From assembly GCF_000011805.1 (NCBI RefSeq), contig NC_006840.2: a stretch of DNA of 32,000 bases. One strand, 5' to 3'. The notes under the pieces are model-generated. The model made no database searches, was not told the origin of the DNA, and worked only from the letters and a program-made list of their open reading frames with translations. The position numbers and the translations under genes were made by a program. The DNA comes from Aliivibrio fischeri ES114. GTDB lineage: Bacteria; Pseudomonadota; Gammaproteobacteria; Enterobacterales; Vibrionaceae. Shown piece after piece: positions 31,174 through 32,000 of the stretch; within the stretch, counting starts at the first letter, position 1; each line of letters opens with the position of its first letter.

Positions 31174-31659
31174 ATGATAAATAAAGAAGCATTATTAGAT
31201 TCGATTATTGATGAGTTGCGCAAGATCCATCAACTAGCGTTGGATGCTACTCAAAGAGCGATTGACCAAGCAACAGATAAAGAAGCGATAGCTCGAAGTA
31301 AGTATGAGACGTTTGGTTTAGAAGCTTCTTATTTGGCACATGGACAAGCGGTTAGGGTTTCTGAATGTGAGGCTGATATCTTAGCTTATCGAAAATTACC
31401 AAGGTTGGTTTATACAGAAAACAGCAGCATTAACCAAGGTGCTTTGGTTACGCTAGTGAATCAAGATGATGTTGAAAGTACTTTTTTTATTGGTCCATCG
31501 GCAGGTGGAGTGAAAGTGGCTCATCAAGACTTAGTGTTTTCATTGATTACGCCATCTGCACCATTAGGAAAAGCAATGATAGGGCAGCAGGTTGGGGATG
31601 AATTTGAATTGAACTTAGCTGGGAAAAAACAGCAATACGAAATTATTGATGTTCAGTGA
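31174..31659 (+). CDS. GreA/GreB-family (Rnk-like) transcription factor homologue
   Basis: 161 aa. The C-terminal ITPSAPLGKAMIGQQVGDEFELNLAGKKQQYEIIDV matches the GreA C-terminal FKBP-like domain pattern. The N-terminal part is a predicted coiled coil. Confidence 0.65.
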   Translation: MINKEALLDSIIDELRKIHQLALDATQRAIDQATDKEAIARSKYETFGLEASYLAHGQAVRVSECEADILAYRKLPRLVYTENSSINQGALVTLVNQDDVESTFFIGPSAGGVKVAHQDLVFSLITPSAPLGKAMIGQQVGDEFELNLAGKKQQYEIIDVQ

Positions 31660-31670
31660 TTTTTTGGATC

Positions 31671-31697
31671 AAAAAAAGAGAGGCGAACCTCTCTTTT
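31671..31697. terminator. Bidirectional terminator
   Basis: agagagg / cgaa / cctctct flanked by A6 and T3. Confidence 0.75.
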
Positions 31698-31720
31698 AAA
31701 ATTTCATTTAGGCGGTGTAA

Positions 31721-32000
31721 TTAAACATTAGGAACAGCGATTTGACCATTAGTCAGCTGATCAGTATCAGCCTCAATGATTTCATCAATGTAAGTTTCTA
31801 CTGTTTGACCAACCATTTCGTCATCTTCCTTAAAGTAAGCAAGATGGAAAACAGCATCACCTTCATTAACTAAAGGTAAGGTTTGTTGACCAATAACAAT
31901 GCCGCCTTTATGTGCACGTAGTTCAATTTCACTATGGCCTAGTGGTGCGCTGATGTAAGCCAGAACTTGGCCTTTTTCAACTTGTTCACCCAGCGTTACT
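31721..32000 (-). CDS. 3' end (93 codons) of a gene running off the window; possibly succinylglutamate desuccinylase/aspartoacylase (M14-like deacylase) family
   Basis: My own minus-strand translation: ...TLGEQVEKGQVLAYISAPLGHSEIELRAHKGGIVIGQQTLPLVNEGDAVFHLAYFKEDDE...GQIAVPNV*. It is open to the window edge. The G..V.KGQ.LA.I...G...G.V....P.V..GDA pattern resembles the C-terminal barrel of that family. It is absent from the ORF track because there is no start codon in the window. Confidence 0.45.
   Translation of the reverse strand, partial: VTLGEQVEKGQVLAYISAPLGHSEIELRAHKGGIVIGQQTLPLVNEGDAVFHLAYFKEDDEMVGQTVETYIDEIIEADTDQLTNGQIAVPNV

Overview
This is a chromosomal segment from a low-GC (about 40%) Vibrionaceae genome (Aliivibrio/Vibrio-like). 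The gene order der - alaX-like - yfgJ - xseA - guaBA ... tadA - mltF - purL suggests chromosome 1. Most of it is housekeeping: der (5'-truncated), an AlaX-like editing protein, yfgJ, xseA, guaB, guaA, an AbgT-family transporter, tadA, mltF, purL, a SpoU methyltransferase, a DUF3622-like protein, a modular GH18 chitinase, a GreA/GreB-like factor and a 3' gene fragment. The middle (about 9.1-20.4 kb) is a run of thiol and electrophile-stress functions. It holds a ridA-cyuA-yheO-like operon divergent from cyuP (cysteine catabolism), then frmB-frmA (glutathione-dependent formaldehyde detoxification) with a LysR regulator. I found no CRISPR array, tRNA or rRNA gene, transposase, integrase or recognisable defence system. 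The most unusual structure is a pair of near-identical direct copies of frmA with its 5' leader. They are 1,236 bp long, differ at 3 synonymous positions that I found, and sit 4,009 bp apart. They bracket a 2.7-kb cassette encoding a Cys-rich secreted ORF, a DsbA paralogue and a DAACS symporter. A (TAGACCC)7 CTAG-rich microsatellite sits exactly at one junction. Other points worth checking: a GATC-clustered intergenic region where V. cholerae carries crtS; a repeated TTGCATTG motif in the cyu divergent promoter; an abrupt composition and codon-usage shift inside purL; and an unannotated 52-aa basic ORF next to mltF. All calls come from reading the sequence and the ORF track. No database searches were run.
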